The position numbers and the translations under genes were made by a program. A stretch of 64,000 bases of DNA from Phycisphaerae bacterium (GTDB lineage: Bacteria > Planctomycetota > Phycisphaerae > UBA1845 > Fen-1342), in assembly GCA_963675745.2 (NCBI GenBank), contig CAXXWX010000015.1:421285-485284 (forward strand), read 5' to 3'. Positions within the stretch are counted from its first letter, which is position 1. Every line of letters begins with the position of its first letter. The notes beneath the pieces are model-generated. The model did no database searches and was not told where the DNA came from. It was given only the letters and a program-made list of their open reading frames with translations. Positions 19,818-30,978 of this stretch are shown piece by piece.

Positions 19818-21251
19818 GTGGTGGTTTCGCGTCTAATGCAGCAGCCAGACAAACTCCCTAATAACAACGCCGCGGCAGAGGCGGCCGGCAACGGAGGGTC
19901 GCGAAAGGACGCGAATATCATGGCCGTGCGCTACGGGGCCATGAATTGGGTCGGACGATTTACGCATGCCCCCGAGCTGGCGCTGGTCGGGCCTGAGAAT
20001 GTGGTCGTGCAAACCGATCGCGGCATCGAGCTAGGGCAACGCCTGGCGCTGGTTGGCGAGTGCGCCCAGTGCGTAAGCCAGGAACAGATAAAGACTTACA
20101 TCAATAACAGCGGCCCGGAATTCTACCGCCAGCGCTGCGGCCGCGTGTTGCGCAAAGCTTCTCCCGAAGATATTGATGAACAACGCCATCTGAACGCCCA
20201 CACGCTGGAGGATGTGGCCACCTGCGCTGAAATGGCCAAGCAGCACTCGCTTGACATGCACGTCGTCACGGCGGAACACCTGTTGGGCGGCGAACGGATC
20301 ATCTTTTATTTCTGCGCGGAGACACGCGTCGATTTTCGCGCGCTTGTCAAGGAGTTGGCCCACCGCTTCCAGACGCGGATCGAAATGCGCCAGGTCGGCG
20401 CACGCGACGAGGCTCGCCTCGTGGCCGATTACGAGGTCTGCGGCCGCGAGTGCTGCTGCCGGACGTTTCTGAAGAAGCTGCGCCCGGTCGGCATGAAGAT
20501 GGCCAAGTTGCAGAAATCCACCTTGGACCCGTCGAAAGTGTCCGGCCGCTGTGGACGTCTGCGCTGCTGTCTGCGCTATGAACACACGGGCTATGAAGAG
20601 CTCGCCAAGAAGCTGCCGCGGCGCGGCAAACCGGTGGAGACGGCGGACGGGTTGGGCACGGTCATAGATCAGCAGATCCTGACACAGTTGGTGATGGTGC
20701 GCCTCGAAGACGGGCGGCAGATCAGCTACCCGGTTGACGAGATCAGCGCGCTGACTCCCGCCGAGCTGGCCGAGCGTCAGGCCGCACGGGCCGCGGAGGT
20801 CGCCGCCGCCGCTGAGCAGCGCTCGTCGCGCGGCGCCGGCGCGCGCAGCAAAGCGCCACCGTCAAAGAGACCCGAGCCGGCACCAGACGCCGCCACGCCC
20901 GCGCCACCACCTGACAAAGCCGCACCCGTCGAGGTCAAGACCGAACGGCCGGACGAAGCTGCGGGCAAGCCGGCGAAGCGTCAGAGGCGGCGCCCGCGCC
21001 GCCCGAGGTCGAAGAGCGACACGCGCCAGGATCGCGGCACGCCGAGGCCGGACAAACGCGCCGCAGAAGACAAACCCGCACCACCGGCGGCGCCGGGCAC
21101 CGCGGCGACCGGCGAAAAACCCACCGCCGATAAGTCGGGGGGACGCACTGACTCCACAGCGCGCCCCGCGGCGGACCGCAAGCGCCGGCGCCGGCGACGC
21201 TCACGCTCCAAACGACCGAAATCCGGCGGAGATTCACCAGCCGCTGGATGA
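19818..21251 (+). CDS. ricT: PSP1 domain protein (RicT/YaaT family) with basic low-complexity tail
   Basis: RVDFRALVKELA, TRIEMRQVGARDEA, CGRECCC, KVSGRCGRLRCCLRYE. True start is uncertain (19836 or 19920). Confidence 0.8.
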   Translation: MVVSRLMQQPDKLPNNNAAAEAAGNGGSRKDANIMAVRYGAMNWVGRFTHAPELALVGPENVVVQTDRGIELGQRLALVGECAQCVSQEQIKTYINNSGPEFYRQRCGRVLRKASPEDIDEQRHLNAHTLEDVATCAEMAKQHSLDMHVVTAEHLLGGERIIFYFCAETRVDFRALVKELAHRFQTRIEMRQVGARDEARLVADYEVCGRECCCRTFLKKLRPVGMKMAKLQKSTLDPSKVSGRCGRLRCCLRYEHTGYEELAKKLPRRGKPVETADGLGTVIDQQILTQLVMVRLEDGRQISYPVDEISALTPAELAERQAARAAEVAAAAEQRSSRGAGARSKAPPSKRPEPAPDAATPAPPPDKAAPVEVKTERPDEAAGKPAKRQRRRPRRPRSKSDTRQDRGTPRPDKRAAEDKPAPPAAPGTAATGEKPTADKSGGRTDSTARPAADRKRRRRRRSRSKRPKSGGDSPAAG

Positions 21252-21288
21252 GCGGGCCGCTGAACTCGCGACTGCTGGTGGAAGCCTG

Positions 21289-21693
21289 ATGGAAGAGACC
21301 CTTACCGAGCGCTACGAGCGCATCATCCGCGAGGACGGACGATTCCCGCTCGGTGCCTACGACTTCCTGAATCTCGGGCTGGATTTCACGACCCGCGCGC
21401 GCTTCGGCGCCCAACCCGCCGAGCGCGCACGCCACGTCACCGGCCAGGAGTTGTGCGAAGGGCTGCGCCGCCTGGCACTCGGGCGCTGGGGCCTGCTCGC
21501 CCAGACCGTGCTGGCACGCTGGAACATCCGCCGCACACGCGATTTCGGCGAAATGGTCTTCCTGCTGGTCGAACACGATGTCATGGGACGCCAGGAGTCG
21601 GACAGCATCGAGGACTTCGACGACGTCTACGATTTCGATGAGGCCTTCGGCCGATACGAGATACCGCTGCACGAGGTTGACGCGGAGTCGTGA
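21289..21693 (+). CDS. PVC-restricted conserved protein (Minf_1886 family)
   Basis: AYDFL..GL, RHVTGQELCEG, WNIRRTRDFGEMVF, DSIEDFDDVYDF. Confidence 0.75.
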   Translation: MEETLTERYERIIREDGRFPLGAYDFLNLGLDFTTRARFGAQPAERARHVTGQELCEGLRRLALGRWGLLAQTVLARWNIRRTRDFGEMVFLLVEHDVMGRQESDSIEDFDDVYDFDEAFGRYEIPLHEVDAES

Positions 21694-21816
21694 ACCGGCG
21701 TCGGACACCCCGCGATCACGCCCGCAGATCACCGCCGGCCGGCGCGGCTTTTGCTCCCACCCGGGCGTCGGGTATAGTCCGTGTTTGCCCGCGGGGAAGC
21801 TAACTGAAGTTTCGGG

Positions 21817-23247
21817 ATGAACTCTGAAGTCAGGCATCATTGTGGTCTGTTCGGCATCGCCAACCATACCGATGCGGCGCAGGTAACCTATCTGGCCCTT
21901 TATGCGCAGCAGCATCGCGGGCAAGAGTCGGCCGGTATCTGTCTGAGCGACGGCGAGACCATAGAACGGGCCGCCGGCTTGGGGATTGTCACCGACGCGC
22001 TGGATCTAGCCCAACTGGAGCAACACCGCGGCTCGGCCGCCATCGGCCACGTGCGCTATTCAACGACCGGCTCGACCAGTGTCAGCAATACACAGCCGCT
22101 GCTGGTCAACTGCTCCCACGGGCAGATCGCGATCGCGCACAACGGCAACCTGGTAAACGCGTCCGCGACGCGCGCGGCCTACGAACACGACGGGCACATT
22201 TTCAGCACAACCTCCGACACCGAGATCGTGCTGCACATGCTCGCGGACCGCGAATTCTCCGAACAACCCGACCCGCTGGCCGCCGTGCTGCGCCATTTGA
22301 GCGGTTCGTATTGTTTCCTGCTGCTTTACCCGGACCGCATCGAGGCCGCCCGCGATCCGTACGGCAACCGGCCGCTGTGCCTGGGTCGGATCGACGATGC
22401 CTGGGCGGTCGCAAGTGAGAGCTGCGCGTTTGATATCGTGGATGCCGAATATGTCCGCGATGTTGAGCCCGGCGAGATCGTGACGCTCACCCGCCACGGC
22501 GTGAGCTCACGCCGCTTCGCCGATCCTCTGCCACACCGCGCCCATTGCGTGTTCGAACACGTCTATTTCGCCGATCCGGCCAGCCTGGTGTTTGGAGAGA
22601 ATGTCCATCACGCGCGGCGGGCGATGGGGCTGCGGCTGGCGGAGGAAGCCCCCGTGGACGCCGATCTGGTAATCGCCGTCCCGAACTGTGCGCGCTGCGC
22701 GGCGTTGGGCTATCACGAAGGATCGGGGATTCCGCTGGGCCGCGGGTTCACGACAAACCACTATGTCGGCCGCTCCTTCATCCAGCCGTCACAATCGATC
22801 CGAGACCTGACGGTCAAGATGAAGCTGAACCCCATCCGGGCGCGCGTCGAGGGCAAACGGCTGGTGGTCGTGGAGGACTCGGTCGTGCGCGGCACGACGA
22901 CGCGCGGCAAGATGAAATCGCTGCGCCTGGCCGGCGCGCGAGAGATTCACCTGCGTGTCGCCAGCCCGCCGATCCGGCATGGTTGCTACTACGGCATCGA
23001 CTTCCCCGACCGCAAGAAGCTGGTGGCCTATAACCGCACGGTCGAGCAGGTGCGCGAGTACCTCGATGTTGATTCGCTGGTGTACCTGTCGCTCGAAGGA
23101 ATGCTGAGCGTATTCGAAAACGAGGCCGCCGATTTCTGCAACGCCTGCTTCTCCGGCGCGTACCCCATCCCGATTGAAGCGGATTTCTCGAAAGACGTGT
23201 TCGAACACGGGCAGTTGAAGTTCTTCAACGGCGCCGGAGAGTCCTGA
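21817..23247 (+). CDS. purF: Amidophosphoribosyltransferase
   Basis: Propeptide followed by CGLFG, QHRGQESAG, GHVRYSTTG, HNGNL, CVFEHVYF, VEDSVVRGTT, YGIDFP, CNACFSG. Confidence 0.95.
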   Translation: MNSEVRHHCGLFGIANHTDAAQVTYLALYAQQHRGQESAGICLSDGETIERAAGLGIVTDALDLAQLEQHRGSAAIGHVRYSTTGSTSVSNTQPLLVNCSHGQIAIAHNGNLVNASATRAAYEHDGHIFSTTSDTEIVLHMLADREFSEQPDPLAAVLRHLSGSYCFLLLYPDRIEAARDPYGNRPLCLGRIDDAWAVASESCAFDIVDAEYVRDVEPGEIVTLTRHGVSSRRFADPLPHRAHCVFEHVYFADPASLVFGENVHHARRAMGLRLAEEAPVDADLVIAVPNCARCAALGYHEGSGIPLGRGFTTNHYVGRSFIQPSQSIRDLTVKMKLNPIRARVEGKRLVVVEDSVVRGTTTRGKMKSLRLAGAREIHLRVASPPIRHGCYYGIDFPDRKKLVAYNRTVEQVREYLDVDSLVYLSLEGMLSVFENEAADFCNACFSGAYPIPIEADFSKDVFEHGQLKFFNGAGES

Positions 23248-23312
23248 CGGGGGGGTGCCCCTGGCGGCAAACCACCAGTAGCACCCTCGCGTGCAGTAGC
23301 AGCCGTGAGCAC

Positions 23313-25019
23313 TCAGCTCCCCTCAATCTCCTCCATTGCCGCGTCGATCAGGGGTTTGAGCGTGGCGTGCGAGAAATCCCATTTCAAATGGGCCGCCTCG
23401 AACAACTCCGGCAACGGCCGCGAGCCGCCCAGGGCCAGCGCGTTGCGATACCAGGCAACAGCTTGCCCGAAGTCCTTGCGCGAGTTCATCCATACCTGAA
23501 GCGCCCCAAGCTGGGCGATGCCGTATTCCACGTAATAGAACGGTACCTGGAAGAAGTGCAGCTTCTGATGCCATGAGTGGCGATCGACGTCTTCCAGGCC
23601 GCTGTAATCCAGGTGCGGCGCAAAACGCTTGGTCAACGTTTGCCAGTGGTCGTTACGGCGTTGGATGTCGTGATCGGTGTGGGTGTAGACGTAGTGCTGA
23701 AACGCGTCGACGCGCGCCATCCACGGGAAGAAATTGACGATCTTGGTGAAGAACCTCACGATCGCGCGCCGGGTGTCGCCGCCGTAAAACTCATCGAGAT
23801 AGGGCAACCCGAGACACTCCATGCCCATCGAGGCGACCTCGGCAAACTCCATCGGCGAGTGGCGGTACGGCAGCAGCGGTTCCTGGCGGCAGGCAAACGA
23901 GTGAAAGGCGTGTCCGCCTTCGTGCAGCAACGTGCGCACGTCGCTCTCCGTGCCGACGGCATTCATGAAGATAAACGGCAGCCGCCGCTCTTCGAACACG
24001 GCCTGATAGCCGCCGGGAGCCTTGCCCTTACGGCTGTCGAGATCAAGCATCCTGGCCGCGCTCATGCGGTCGAACTGCGCGCCTAGATCGGGACTGACCT
24101 TGTGAAAGATGCGGCTGCACCCGGAGATGAGCTCATCGACCGCTTGAAACGGCTGCAACGGCGGCCGGCTCTCGGGATCGACCTCCATATCCCAGGGACG
24201 CAGCGTGTCAACGTCGAGCTTGCTCTTGCGCTGATCCGCCAGTTTTTGCACGGCCGGCACGACAACCTGTTCTATCGCATCGTGAAACGCGAGGCAGTCA
24301 TCGGGCGTATAGTCAAAACGCTGCTTGGCTTTGAAGGCGTAATTGCGAAAGTCACCGCAATCGGCGTTGCGGGCAATCCGGTCACGAACCTTGACCATCT
24401 TGTCGTACAACTCGTTCAGCTTGTCGGCCTCGACGAGGTAGCGATCCATGCACAGCCGCCACGCCTCTTCGCGCGTGGCGCGATCTGGCTCCTCGAGGTA
24501 GCGGGCGGCCTGTTGCAGCGTGATTTCCTCGCCGCGATAGGTCACCGTCATGGCGCCGGTGATCTCCTGGTATTGTGTGCAGAGCTTGGCGTCTTCGGTT
24601 TGCAGCGGGATGTTCTCATCGCGGAACAGCTCGATGGCGCTGCGCATGTTGCGCGTGAGCACTTCGTAGCGTTTGGCCGGCAAGTCAAATTTCTCGGCGC
24701 ACTGCACGTACTTCCGGCGGAGCTTGTGTTCCCAGGGCTCGCGCTGCGGCTCGATGTTTTCAATGAAGTGCAGGAAGGCCTGTTTGGCCTGTTGATCATC
24801 AGTGGCGCAGGTCATCGCGGTGTAGCGCGCCGTCTCTTCTTCGCCGTAGATCGCCGCCACCTCACAGGCATCCAGCAGCCACTGCTCAAACTGCTCTTGC
24901 GAGCCGATCTCGCGGTCGATGAGTTGGCGGTAGTACGGCTCGATCTGCCCCCAATCTCCGAAGTCGGCGTCGGTGGCCACGAAACTGCGGGGAAACTCGG
25001 CGGTCGCTGATGCGCTCAT
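23313..25019 (-). CDS. pepF: M3 family oligoendopeptidase F
   Basis: RKGKAPGGY, TLLHEGGHAFH (HEXXH), AEVASM, HFFQVPFYYVEY. Confidence 0.9.
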   Translation of the reverse strand: MSASATAEFPRSFVATDADFGDWGQIEPYYRQLIDREIGSQEQFEQWLLDACEVAAIYGEEETARYTAMTCATDDQQAKQAFLHFIENIEPQREPWEHKLRRKYVQCAEKFDLPAKRYEVLTRNMRSAIELFRDENIPLQTEDAKLCTQYQEITGAMTVTYRGEEITLQQAARYLEEPDRATREEAWRLCMDRYLVEADKLNELYDKMVKVRDRIARNADCGDFRNYAFKAKQRFDYTPDDCLAFHDAIEQVVVPAVQKLADQRKSKLDVDTLRPWDMEVDPESRPPLQPFQAVDELISGCSRIFHKVSPDLGAQFDRMSAARMLDLDSRKGKAPGGYQAVFEERRLPFIFMNAVGTESDVRTLLHEGGHAFHSFACRQEPLLPYRHSPMEFAEVASMGMECLGLPYLDEFYGGDTRRAIVRFFTKIVNFFPWMARVDAFQHYVYTHTDHDIQRRNDHWQTLTKRFAPHLDYSGLEDVDRHSWHQKLHFFQVPFYYVEYGIAQLGALQVWMNSRKDFGQAVAWYRNALALGGSRPLPELFEAAHLKWDFSHATLKPLIDAAMEEIEGS

Positions 25020-25130
25020 GTCGTACCTCTTGGCTGGCGTTGTCCGGGTAGTTCCTGAAGTGGATGATTATTGACGATGCGCCGCCGACGGCAAGTGCGC
25101 CCCCATGTCGCAAGTTGTCGCGGCCGGCAA

Positions 25131-25212
25131 TGTAGCGGCCGGCGCCTCGCCGGCCGTCGATCACCTGACGCGCTTCCTCGCGCCGGCGGCCTGCGGGGGC
25201 GCAGGCCGTTAC
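25131..25212. repeat. GTAG-type REPIN
   Basis: tgtagcggccggcgcctcgccggccg ... cggcctgcgggggcgcaggccgttacg. Confidence 0.85.
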
Positions 25213-25262
25213 GCGCCGCACATCGGCCGCTACGCATTCGGGGGCGGCCGGCAGCGCGGCTG

Positions 25263-26323
25263 CTATTCCCGTAGCGCCTTCTCCAGGTCAGGTGAACGAA
25301 GTTCGTCGCTACGCTTTCGCGATGTCGCACCGCGGCGGCCTCGCCGAAGTTGGTGCGCCGGGCCTCGTCCCAATAGCGTCCCTGCTTGTGCTCGTATGAC
25401 GCCCGCATCGCCACCTCGGCGACCAGGCCCATCATGATCGCGAAGAATCCCAGCAGGAAGAACATCAGACCCACCAGGGGCGCCTTGCCCCAGAACGCCT
25501 GCCACCAGCCTACGCCCTGGCCGGCCAGGTAGGCCGCGTTGCACACGGCGAAAATCATGCACGCCAGCGTCGCCAGCCATGAGCGCACGGCGATCTTCCC
25601 GAAGAAGTGTATGGGCTTGTTACGATAGCGCTGCAACATGCGCACGAGCAGCAGATCGAACGCCACCTTCAGAATACGCCCATAGCCGTACTTGCTGGTG
25701 CCGCTGGTGCGGGGCTTGTGATCGACGACGACCTCGTGGATGCGCGCCCCGTGCATGGATGCGTAGATCGGGATGAATCTGTGCATCTCGCCATACAGCC
25801 GTGAATCGCGGATCATCGAGGCCCGGTAGGCCTTGAGGGTGCAACCGTAGTCGTGCAGCTTCACGCCGGTCACGTAGCTGATAATCTTGTTGGCCACGCG
25901 GGAGACGAGCGTGCGGTGCCAGGAGTCCTTGCGATTACGGCGCCAGCCGCTGACGACGTCGTAGCCCTCTTCGAGCTTGTCGCAGAGGCGCTCGATCTCT
26001 TCGGGGGGGTTCTGTCCGTCGGCGTCGAGCGGCACGATGATGTCGGCCCGCGCGGCCCAGAATCCGGCCATCATCGCCGCGGTTTGCCCGAAGTTACGTG
26101 CCAGGTGAATCACGCGGACGCGTGGATCATGGCCGGCAAACTCGTCGAGAATCGCGGCACTCCGGTCTCGGCTACCATCGTTGACGAAGATGAGCTCGAA
26201 TGAACGCGACTGGCTCGCCAGAATATCGACGAACCGCGGGACGACGTGCGGGAGGCTCTCCTCCTCCTGGAACACGGGCACAACCACTGATACATCAGGT
26301 CGCAAGTGTGGCATACTCTCCAT
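25263..26323 (-). CDS. GT2 polyprenol-phosphate glycosyltransferase (ArnC/DPM1-like), probable indel near 25332
   Basis: VSVVVPVFQEE, FVNDGSRD, RNFGQTAA, LDADGQNPP, DYGCTLKAY, GEMHRF, two C-terminal TMs. The listed ORF runs on through a REPIN, whereas a one-base shift gives a stop at 25263. Confidence 0.8.
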
Positions 26324-26418
26324 CCAACCACGGCCGCCACGGGGGCGGCTGCTGCAGGGCGTTTCGGTTACTATAGCGTTCACGGTCGAGATTCACACAA
26401 TATCCCGAGGATTTGCAG

Positions 26419-26907
26419 ATGCCGAAGAGCTACGATGTTGCCGTGCTGATGGGTAGCAAGAGCGACTGGGAGGTAATGCGGGCAGCCGTGGAGACACTCG
26501 AGGCGTTTGGCGTTTCGTGCGCGGCTGGAGTTTTATCGGCCCACCGCACGCCCGATGCGGTGGCCGCCTTTGTGCGTGAATCTGAGGCCGGCGGCACGCA
26601 GGTGTTTATCGCCGGGGCCGGCATGGCGGCACACCTGGCCGGAGCCATCGCCGCTCAGACAACGCTGCCCGTCTTGGGCGTGCCGCTGGCCGCGTCGGCG
26701 CTCAACGGGCTCGACGCGCTGCTGGCCACCGCGCAGATGCCCCAGGGCACGCCGGTGGCGACGTTCGCGGTTGGCAAGGCCGGCGCAATCAACGCCGCCC
26801 TGATGGCGATCAGCATTCTGGCCTGCTCACGTCCGCCACTGCGCGACGCGCTGCGCGCCTATCGCGCTGAACAAGCCGAGCGCGTGCTCAACGAAACGCT
26901 AGCGTAG
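26419..26907 (+). CDS. purE: N5-carboxyaminoimidazole ribonucleotide mutase
   Basis: [40 protein letters not shown]. Confidence 0.95.
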   Translation: MPKSYDVAVLMGSKSDWEVMRAAVETLEAFGVSCAAGVLSAHRTPDAVAAFVRESEAGGTQVFIAGAGMAAHLAGAIAAQTTLPVLGVPLAASALNGLDALLATAQMPQGTPVATFAVGKAGAINAALMAISILACSRPPLRDALRAYRAEQAERVLNETLA

Positions 26908-27007
26908 AATGCAGAATGAAGAATGCAGAATGAGGAAACTCCGCGCCGCGACCGCGTTGCATCACCTGCACAGCTTCTGCATTCCTCATTCTGCATTCTG
27001 CATTCTC
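26906..27007. repeat. Inverted pair of AGAATGN heptamer arrays
   Basis: agaatgcagaatgaagaatgcagaatgagg ... ttctgcattcctcattctgcattctgcattct. Confidence 0.85.
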
Positions 27008-27052
27008 CGCGCGAGACACATGTGGTCGTTCAAGTAAGCACCCAGGGGGCTC

Positions 27053-29659
27053 GTGGTGAATCCCAGCGACATCAGGCGTGACAGTTCGGCCCGCGACCGG
27101 CTGGACGCGCTCTTGCGACCGCGACACCTGCCGCGCCCTATGCTCGGCCCGGCCCTCGGATTCTGCGCCGGCATCTGGCTGGCCGACGCGGTGCCCGGAT
27201 GTTCAACATTCCCGATTGGTATCACGCTGGCTGTCGTCAGCGTAACGGCCGGCCTGCTGGTGGCCCTGCGGCGGCGTGATAACTCGGTCTTGCTCGCGCT
27301 TCTGGCCACGACGGCATTCCTCGGGCTGGGACATTGGCGCTATGACACCGCCACGCACCAGGCGGCTAACCATATCGCGCGCTGCATTCCTGACGAACCG
27401 GTCTTGACGCGTATCGCGGGCCGAGTCGTGACTGCGCCCACGGTATCAAGCGCGAAGCTGCGAAACCCGTATCTGGCGTACGATCCACCGCCGAAGACGC
27501 GCTTCGTGCTGTCCGCCACGCACGTGCTCACGACTGCCCCACCCACGCCAGTCTCGGGCCTTGTTCGGATCAGCGTCGACGGCGTCCTGTCTGACCTGCG
27601 GGTCGGCGACCACGTCACGCTGACCGGCAAGCTGTGGAAGCCGCGCGGGCCGCAGAACCCCGGCGAGCATGATTGGCGCCGCTGGAATTACCTCAAGCGT
27701 ATTCACGCCGGCCTGGCGATCGAGAATCCTGTGCATGTTTGCATCGGGGAGCGCGCCCCACATTGGTGGGAACGTGGCCTCGGCTATCTGCGCGGCGCGG
27801 CGCGGGGTCTGCTGTTGGACGAGTCCGCGGCCACTGACCCAAGTGACGCCGATCGCCTGCTCGATGTACTGCTATTGGGGCAACGCTCATCGGCAACGAG
27901 CGCGCTCAACGAGGCATTCATCCGCACGGGCACGGCTCATTACCTCGCCGTCAGCGGGTTTCACGTGGGCGTGCTGGCAATGCTGACATGGTGGACTGGA
28001 ATCGCCGTGCTGCGGAGTCGCAAGCGCGCGGCCTGGCTGGTACTGGCGGTTCTGGTGCTGTATGCGGCTCTCGCCGAGCATAATCCGCCGGTGTTGCGCG
28101 CGGCGTTGATGGGCGTGCTGGCCTGCGCGGCGGTTTTGCTTGATCGACCGTTTTGTGCCGTGAACTGGCTGGCCCTGTCGGCTCTGCTGCTGTTGGCGTG
28201 GGATCCACTTCAGCTCTTTCAGGCGGGGTTTCAGCTCTCGTTCGTGATGGTCTTCGCACTGCTGACAATCGTGCCACACTTCGTGCGCTGGCATCCGGTA
28301 TCGCAAGACTGGCGGATTGACGACGACCGCTCGCGCGAAGCTGATTCGCCGCGCGAGCTCATCTGGCAAACGACGCGCAAGTGGGCCGGGGGCCTGGCGC
28401 TGGTCAGCGTGGTCGCCTGGCTCGTATCGCTGCCGCTGGTGTTGCACCATTTCGGGCGTTGTTCGACGCTGGGCTTTGTGCACTCCTTTCTCGTGGCGCC
28501 GCTCGTGATCCTGTTGATTCCCACGGGGTTCGTGGCGATGGTCGTCGGGCTGATCCCGCCGCTGCAACCGGTGTGTGTCTGGGTCACACACGCGCTGGCC
28601 GACCTCCTGCTGAAATGGGTCAAGGTGCTGGGCAACCTGCCGGGCGGCCTGATCGAGGTGTCACCACCGCCGGCCTGGCTGGTCGCGGTCACATATGCGC
28701 TGGTGTTCATCCCCGCTCAGTTCCGGCCGGCGCGAGGGCGCTCTGACCAGCCGCCGCCGGCGAGCTCACCATGGATACGCCGTACGCATATCACCGCCCT
28801 CACAATCGTGTTTGCGCTTTGGCTGGGATGGTTGATCAGACCGACGGCGCGCGGCCCCGACTGTCAGTTTCACGTGTTGGCCGTGGGCAGTGGTTCGGCG
28901 AATGTGCTGGTCGCGCCCGACGGCCACGCCGCAGTCTTCGACACCGGCACGATTGCGAACACTGATGCGGGTCAGATTACCGCCGCCGCCCTGCGCGAAC
29001 TGCGCGTCCGGCGCCTCGACACAGTGACCATATCGCACGCGAACTTTGACCACTTCAGCGGCGTGCATTCGCTGGTCGAGCGGTTCCCGATCAAGCAGCT
29101 CCTGACGAACGGTTATTTCACGGCGGCGCGTGCTCACAATGAGGCTGTCGAGCGGCTTTTCAACCTTCTGCCGCAAGCCGCGCAGCAGCCGCAGCCACTG
29201 GCCGCCGGCGACCGGCGTCAATTGGGTGATGCACTGATTACGACGCTCTGGCCGCCGGCCGATCTGGAAGCGGCCGAGTGGCGCGCCAACGACCGCTCGC
29301 TCGTATTGCGTGTTGAGGTTTTCGACCGCGTGATTCTCCTGACCGCCGACATCGAACGCGACGCAATCCGCGCGCTGCTCGACGCACACAACCGCGGCGC
29401 GCTTTCGCTGGCGGCGGACGTGCTCATAGCGCCGCACCACGGGGCGGTGTTAAAAGACGACACGGCAGCCCTGTACGAGGCGGTCGATCCCGACGTCGTG
29501 ATTGTGTCGACTGCCCGCGCCACGCCGAAGCTCTCGGCGCTGGTGCATGATCGATTGCGCCCGTCATGCCGCCTCTACAGCACGCGCGACGTCGGCGCGA
29601 TAAGCATCCACATCACGCCGAACGGCGCGCTGCGCGTCTACACACCGTTCGCGCGCTAG
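27053..29659 (+). CDS. comEC: ComEC/Rec2 competence protein
   Basis: OB domain with NPGE, GTAHYLAVSGFHVG, VLRAALM, GFQLSF. C-terminal MBL domain SHANFDH, NDRSLV, LTADIE, PHHG. Confidence 0.92.
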   Translation: MVNPSDIRRDSSARDRLDALLRPRHLPRPMLGPALGFCAGIWLADAVPGCSTFPIGITLAVVSVTAGLLVALRRRDNSVLLALLATTAFLGLGHWRYDTATHQAANHIARCIPDEPVLTRIAGRVVTAPTVSSAKLRNPYLAYDPPPKTRFVLSATHVLTTAPPTPVSGLVRISVDGVLSDLRVGDHVTLTGKLWKPRGPQNPGEHDWRRWNYLKRIHAGLAIENPVHVCIGERAPHWWERGLGYLRGAARGLLLDESAATDPSDADRLLDVLLLGQRSSATSALNEAFIRTGTAHYLAVSGFHVGVLAMLTWWTGIAVLRSRKRAAWLVLAVLVLYAALAEHNPPVLRAALMGVLACAAVLLDRPFCAVNWLALSALLLLAWDPLQLFQAGFQLSFVMVFALLTIVPHFVRWHPVSQDWRIDDDRSREADSPRELIWQTTRKWAGGLALVSVVAWLVSLPLVLHHFGRCSTLGFVHSFLVAPLVILLIPTGFVAMVVGLIPPLQPVCVWVTHALADLLLKWVKVLGNLPGGLIEVSPPPAWLVAVTYALVFIPAQFRPARGRSDQPPPASSPWIRRTHITALTIVFALWLGWLIRPTARGPDCQFHVLAVGSGSANVLVAPDGHAAVFDTGTIANTDAGQITAAALRELRVRRLDTVTISHANFDHFSGVHSLVERFPIKQLLTNGYFTAARAHNEAVERLFNLLPQAAQQPQPLAAGDRRQLGDALITTLWPPADLEAAEWRANDRSLVLRVEVFDRVILLTADIERDAIRALLDAHNRGALSLAADVLIAPHHGAVLKDDTAALYEAVDPDVVIVSTARATPKLSALVHDRLRPSCRLYSTRDVGAISIHITPNGALRVYTPFAR

Positions 29660-29709
29660 TGCTGTTTCCGCCTGAAGCGTTTGGTGTTACGGCCCGGCGT
29701 GGTACGTGA

Positions 29710-29791
29710 TGTAACGGCCGGCGCCTCGCCGGCCGCCTGATGTCGGAAACGGCGCATCATGCCGACGGCCTGCGAGGCGCAGGCCGCTACA
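29710..29791. repeat. GTAA/GTAG-type REPIN
   Basis: tgtaacggccggcgcctcgccggccg ... cggcctgcgaggcgcaggccgctaca. Confidence 0.85.
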
Positions 29792-29859
29792 GCGCCGCCA
29801 GTGATTGCGTTCGATTCCCGGTCCGTCCCATCGGTGCTCCGCCCCGCCTGCCTAACGGC

Positions 29860-30978
29860 CTATGATCCCGGGGCGAAACGTCTGGTCGCGCCAGTGGCCG
29901 GCTCGTAGATCACAAACTCCCCCGAGTGCGGGTCGGTCCAGACCGCAAGACCTTCGATGAGCCGCGGCTGTGTGGCGAACGAAGGTGACTTTTTGGCGGT
30001 ATTCGGGAACTCGACGATGGTCACAGCGCCGCCGTCGAAAGTGCGCAGCTCAAGCGCGACCGTCTCGCCCACCAGCGGGTGGCCCAGGCGTCTCTCGAGC
30101 AGCATTCGATCGCCGCTAACGTCGCGGAGCCAGCGCTCGCCGTCCGACGGCTTGAGATCGTCGGCGCGTATGGCGCTGGTTCCCGTTGCGATGTCGTAGC
30201 TGCTCACCTGGGTTTGAAACCCGCCGGGCTTGAATTCCTGCCAGACGACCTGGCCATCGACGATGAACAGGCCGGCGGCGTAACCATCGCCGGTAACGCG
30301 GAGATCGGGAGCGATGGTCTGTCGGTCGCCGGTGGCGAGGTTGACCAAATCGATGTTCGTCGTCAACTCGAGACCGAGCGGCGCGACGTTGGTGGGTGCG
30401 TCAGTCATCAACGCGACATAGTCACCTTCGATGGCGAATGTGGCGTAGCTCCAACTGCCGGAGACGTGCGTTTCGCCGCCGGTGTCGAGGTCCAGCACGA
30501 TGAACTCATACTGCGGGCCGTCTGGTGGAACGGGATTTGCGACGCCATGATGGACGATCAGCCTATCGCCATCTATTCGCCAGACGGCCAATCCGTCACC
30601 GCTCCGCACCAGCTCCTCGAAGTAGCTTGACTCCTCACCGCTATTGAGATCGCGGACCGCCACCATCTGATTCACCCGATCCACCCAGGCGACCCAGTCA
30701 CCGTTTGCGACGATGTCTTCGGCGAGCGCCGTGATGTCTGCTGAGACAACCTCGCTTACCAGCGTTTCCAGGTTCACCGCAACAAGGTCGCGCGTTGCCG
30801 GCGGGACACCCTGCGAAAAGGCGACGAGCTCGTCGAACCCTCGCTGTTCAACAAACAGCAGGCGATTCCCGTCCGCGCCGACGATCCTGTACGGCGGAAG
30901 ACCCGGCAGCAATCCCGCGATCGGGCAACCAGCCAGCAGAACAACGCTCGACAAAGCGATACACAGGGAAATCTTCAC
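29860..30978 (-). CDS. Lipoprotein, probable beta-propeller
   Basis: Lipobox VLLAGC. Repeated GDWVAW / GDYVA / GQVVW / GLAVW blades and DLxTG turns. Start is uncertain (up to 31023). Confidence 0.6.
   Translation of the reverse strand: MKISLCIALSSVVLLAGCPIAGLLPGLPPYRIVGADGNRLLFVEQRGFDELVAFSQGVPPATRDLVAVNLETLVSEVVSADITALAEDIVANGDWVAWVDRVNQMVAVRDLNSGEESSYFEELVRSGDGLAVWRIDGDRLIVHHGVANPVPPDGPQYEFIVLDLDTGGETHVSGSWSYATFAIEGDYVALMTDAPTNVAPLGLELTTNIDLVNLATGDRQTIAPDLRVTGDGYAAGLFIVDGQVVWQEFKPGGFQTQVSSYDIATGTSAIRADDLKPSDGERWLRDVSGDRMLLERRLGHPLVGETVALELRTFDGGAVTIVEFPNTAKKSPSFATQPRLIEGLAVWTDPHSGEFVIYEPATGATRRFAPGS

Noticed and set aside
21694..21816. Purine or ZTP riboswitch upstream of purF
   Set aside because: No recognisable aptamer motif. 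Only a plausible TTGCTC-16-TATAGT promoter.
25016..25262. Arg-rich C-terminal extension of the GT2 protein overlapping pepF
   Set aside because: It reads through a REPIN. A one-base correction near 25332 gives a normal stop at 25263.
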